Position numbers and translations under genes: made by a program
In this document: positions 61,684-64,000 of the stretch, piece by piece
Layout: each line of letters begins with the position of its first letter
How positions within the stretch are numbered: the first letter of the stretch is position 1
NCBI GenBank assembly: GCA_965223265.1
Contig: OZ244999.1
Coordinates: 3,616,001-3,680,000, forward strand
Reading direction: 5' to 3'
DNA from: Planctomycetota bacterium
GTDB taxonomy: Bacteria > Planctomycetota > UBA8108 > SXIK01
DNA length: 64,000 nt
The notes under the pieces: generated by a model
Seen by the model: the letters and a program-made list of their open reading frames with translations, nothing else
Database searches by the model: none
What the model was told of the DNA's origin: nothing

Positions 61684-63057
61684 TCACAGCATACCGAGGG
61701 CTGCCATGCCGATCAGCAAGACCCCGAGCGACAGAAGCGGCACGACCACCGTGACGACCGCCGTGTCCCAGTACGCGTCGCGGTGCTTCAGCCCCATGAT
61801 CGTCAGCGTCGTGATGATCGCACCGCAGTGGGGGAGTGAGTCGAGTCCTCCTGCAGCGATGGCGACGATGCGGTGGAGCACCTCCGGATCGACACCCGCC
61901 TCGAGGTAATGCGGCGCAAGCGACTGAGCAAAGATGCCGAGGCCACCGATCGCGGAACCGACGATCCCTGACATGACATTGACGGATACAGCCGCTGAGA
62001 CTGTCGGAGCCAACCCAGAGTCGAGCATGACATCGGTGAAGCTGGAAAAAATCTCCGTTCCTTTGACGACGCCACCAAAGCCAATGATCACGCCGGTGTT
62101 GATCAGCGGCAGAACCGCGCTCTCAGCGCCGCGGCCAAGCACCGCTACCGGAGATGAAATGTAGCGCCTGAGTAGAACCAATGTCGTCACCGTCGCCAAA
62201 ACCATGGCGAACGTCGTCCACATCGTCGTCGAATCTCTCTGAAAGCGCAGCAACTTCCCGACGACACCCTCACCCTCGACTAAACTCGGCGCGCACGTGG
62301 ACACCAGCTGAGGCCCGATAATCGTCACCAGGACGACGACCATCGGTGCGGCGGCGAGAGGCCATGGCGGCAGAGACGTCGACTCTCCCTCTTCTGGGAG
62401 CACGTCTGTGATCGCTGCCACGAAGCCCTCACCGCGTGCCACCGCGCGTCGCCTCGAGAACTCGAGATACGTCAAACCGAAGGCCAACATCAGCACCGCG
62501 GCAACGATCCCGAGCACCGGCCCGGCCAAAAGCGACGTCTTCAGCGAGTCCGCCATGAGGACGTTGTGCAGCGAGGGCGACCCTGGCAGCGCAGTCATCG
62601 TGAACGTGCCAGCTCCGAGCGACGTTGCCGCCATAAACAACCGTTTCGGGATGTTCGCCTGACGCATGAGACCCAACCCGAGCGGATAGACGGTGAAGAT
62701 GACAATGAAGACGTTGACGCCGCCGTAGGTCAAGAGAGCGCACACGACGACGCCGGTGAGGAGGGTTCGCTCCGGTCCGAACATGGCACCGAGTCGCGAC
62801 GAAACCGATAGCGCCGCTCGGCTCTCCGCCATGACCCGTCCGAAGACGGCGCCGCTGACAAAAAGGAGGAAGAAATGGCCGACGAAAGAGACAAGCGCGG
62901 TGCTGTAGTCTTCGCTAAGACTCGAGGCAAGAGCCTTGCCGTTGGTGAGCGCAACCAGCGCCGCACACAACAGCGAGGCGATGATGACGTTCACGCCACG
63001 CAGCGCGAAGACGATCAAGAGAAGGACAGCAGCGATCACACCTATGTTGCCGAGCAT
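61684..63057 (-). CDS. GntP family permease
   Basis: Multi-TM protein; LTYGGV..F, GTFTMTALPGSP, GSA.GGL and LDSLPHCGA motifs. Confidence 0.85.
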   Translation of the reverse strand: MLGNIGVIAAVLLLIVFALRGVNVIIASLLCAALVALTNGKALASSLSEDYSTALVSFVGHFFLLFVSGAVFGRVMAESRAALSVSSRLGAMFGPERTLLTGVVVCALLTYGGVNVFIVIFTVYPLGLGLMRQANIPKRLFMAATSLGAGTFTMTALPGSPSLHNVLMADSLKTSLLAGPVLGIVAAVLMLAFGLTYLEFSRRRAVARGEGFVAAITDVLPEEGESTSLPPWPLAAAPMVVVLVTIIGPQLVSTCAPSLVEGEGVVGKLLRFQRDSTTMWTTFAMVLATVTTLVLLRRYISSPVAVLGRGAESAVLPLINTGVIIGFGGVVKGTEIFSSFTDVMLDSGLAPTVSAAVSVNVMSGIVGSAIGGLGIFAQSLAPHYLEAGVDPEVLHRIVAIAAGGLDSLPHCGAIITTLTIMGLKHRDAYWDTAVVTVVVPLLSLGVLLIGMAALGML

Positions 63058-63094
63058 TCCGTCGGGTCTTACCGCATGAGGCTGCGGCGGTCAA

Positions 63095-63150
63095 CAGCCT
63101 GTTGAAAAACTCATCCAGCCGAGGTTCTGGCCACTTCGCGCCCAAATCGA
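63095..63150. mobile_element. Single-arm MITE copy
   Basis: CAGCCTGTTGAAAAACTCATCCAGCCGAGGTTCTGGCCACTTCGCGCCCAAATCGA matches the MITE arm. Confidence 0.75.
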
Positions 63151-63351
63151 TCGTTTGCTGGCGGGCGTGGCACTCGGCATCGGACACGCGCCGCAGCGAA
63201 ATCGGCGCCGTCACAGCGCCGAATCGTCGGGGCATTCAAACCGCCACTGGTGCGAATTCCAGAAATGTCTGTCCTCGATCGTCCGGCCGTACGGTTGAAG
63301 GGGAAGAGTTGATTCCCCGATCTGAACATCGACCGTATCCGGAGGACGTCC

Positions 63352-64000
63352 ATGCGCGCTCGAACCTGCCGATTCGCCGCCATCGTTCTTTCATTTTCGC
63401 TGCCAGCCACGCTCACGTTCGGCGCTGTGGGGGAAATCCACAGCGGCGTCACGATCTCAGACGATCAGGGCAACCACGCCGGCGACGCCGCATTCTCGGG
63501 CTTACGCGGCGTCCATCTGGTTGTGTGGCGTCAGACGATCGACGGCAGCGACGGCCCGGTCAGCCGCATCATGGGCGCACTGGTAAAACGAGATGGTGAG
63601 GCGCAGCCGTCATTCGAAATCGGCCCCGACGCGGCGAACGACGCGGAGCCGAAGGTCGCTTACGACGGCCGAAAGACTGAATGGATCGTCGTTTGGACGG
63701 GCAGCGGTGAGGCGGGCCTCGGCACGATTCACGCCCGACGTGTCTCCGGCGACGGAGTTACGCTCGGTACCGTTCCTCTGAACCTTGGTTTCGGCCGGCG
63801 GCCCGATGTTTCTCCGGGCCGCGCGATCGGCTTCAACACGATCTCTCGGCACCTGATCGTCTGGGAGGACCACAAGAGTGGCGCGAGCCGACTTGAGGGT
63901 CAGTTTGTAGGCCCTCTCGACGCTTTCGCCAGTGGGTTCATCGCAGCGGATCCAGCCTTTCCGATCTCCCTCGAGTCGCTACCCGCCGAGTTCGCATATA
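63352..64000 (+). CDS. Partial (runs off window end) secreted repeat protein
   Basis: Not in the ORF track. GGAGG RBS and ATG at 63352; translates as MRARTCRFAAIVLSFSLPATLTFG... with repeated HLVVWR, EPKVAYD..WIVVW and PDV..HLIVWED units, suggesting a beta-propeller. Confidence 0.7.
   Translation, partial: MRARTCRFAAIVLSFSLPATLTFGAVGEIHSGVTISDDQGNHAGDAAFSGLRGVHLVVWRQTIDGSDGPVSRIMGALVKRDGEAQPSFEIGPDAANDAEPKVAYDGRKTEWIVVWTGSGEAGLGTIHARRVSGDGVTLGTVPLNLGFGRRPDVSPGRAIGFNTISRHLIVWEDHKSGASRLEGQFVGPLDAFASGFIAADPAFPISLESLPAEFAY

Overview
GC-rich bacterial chromosomal window, most likely from a Planctomycetota genome. The evidence is two DUF1501/DUF1549-DUF1553 gene clusters, a planctomycete cytochrome c domain gene, a PPC-domain protein and an ECF sigma factor with a long extracytoplasmic extension. 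Housekeeping genes include aspC, surE, a RecQ helicase, nupC, lpxI, aroK, acyP, queG and tRNA-Leu(GAG). There is also a type IV pilus block (pilD, pilT-pilB-pilC-pilS-pilR, no pilin gene) and a 1776-aa Ser/Thr kinase-NTPase-TPR-sigma54 activator fusion. The most interesting items are: (1) an NHEJ operon in which Ku and a ligase-only LigD are followed by a BRCT-MerR HTH-TPR protein, a candidate NHEJ accessory factor; (2) a family of hairpin-forming MITE-like elements, one intact 159-bp copy of which splits a transglutaminase-like gene, with the reading frame restored on excision; (3) several secreted proteins with unusual domain architectures. All domain calls come from recognising motifs by eye; no database searches were run.
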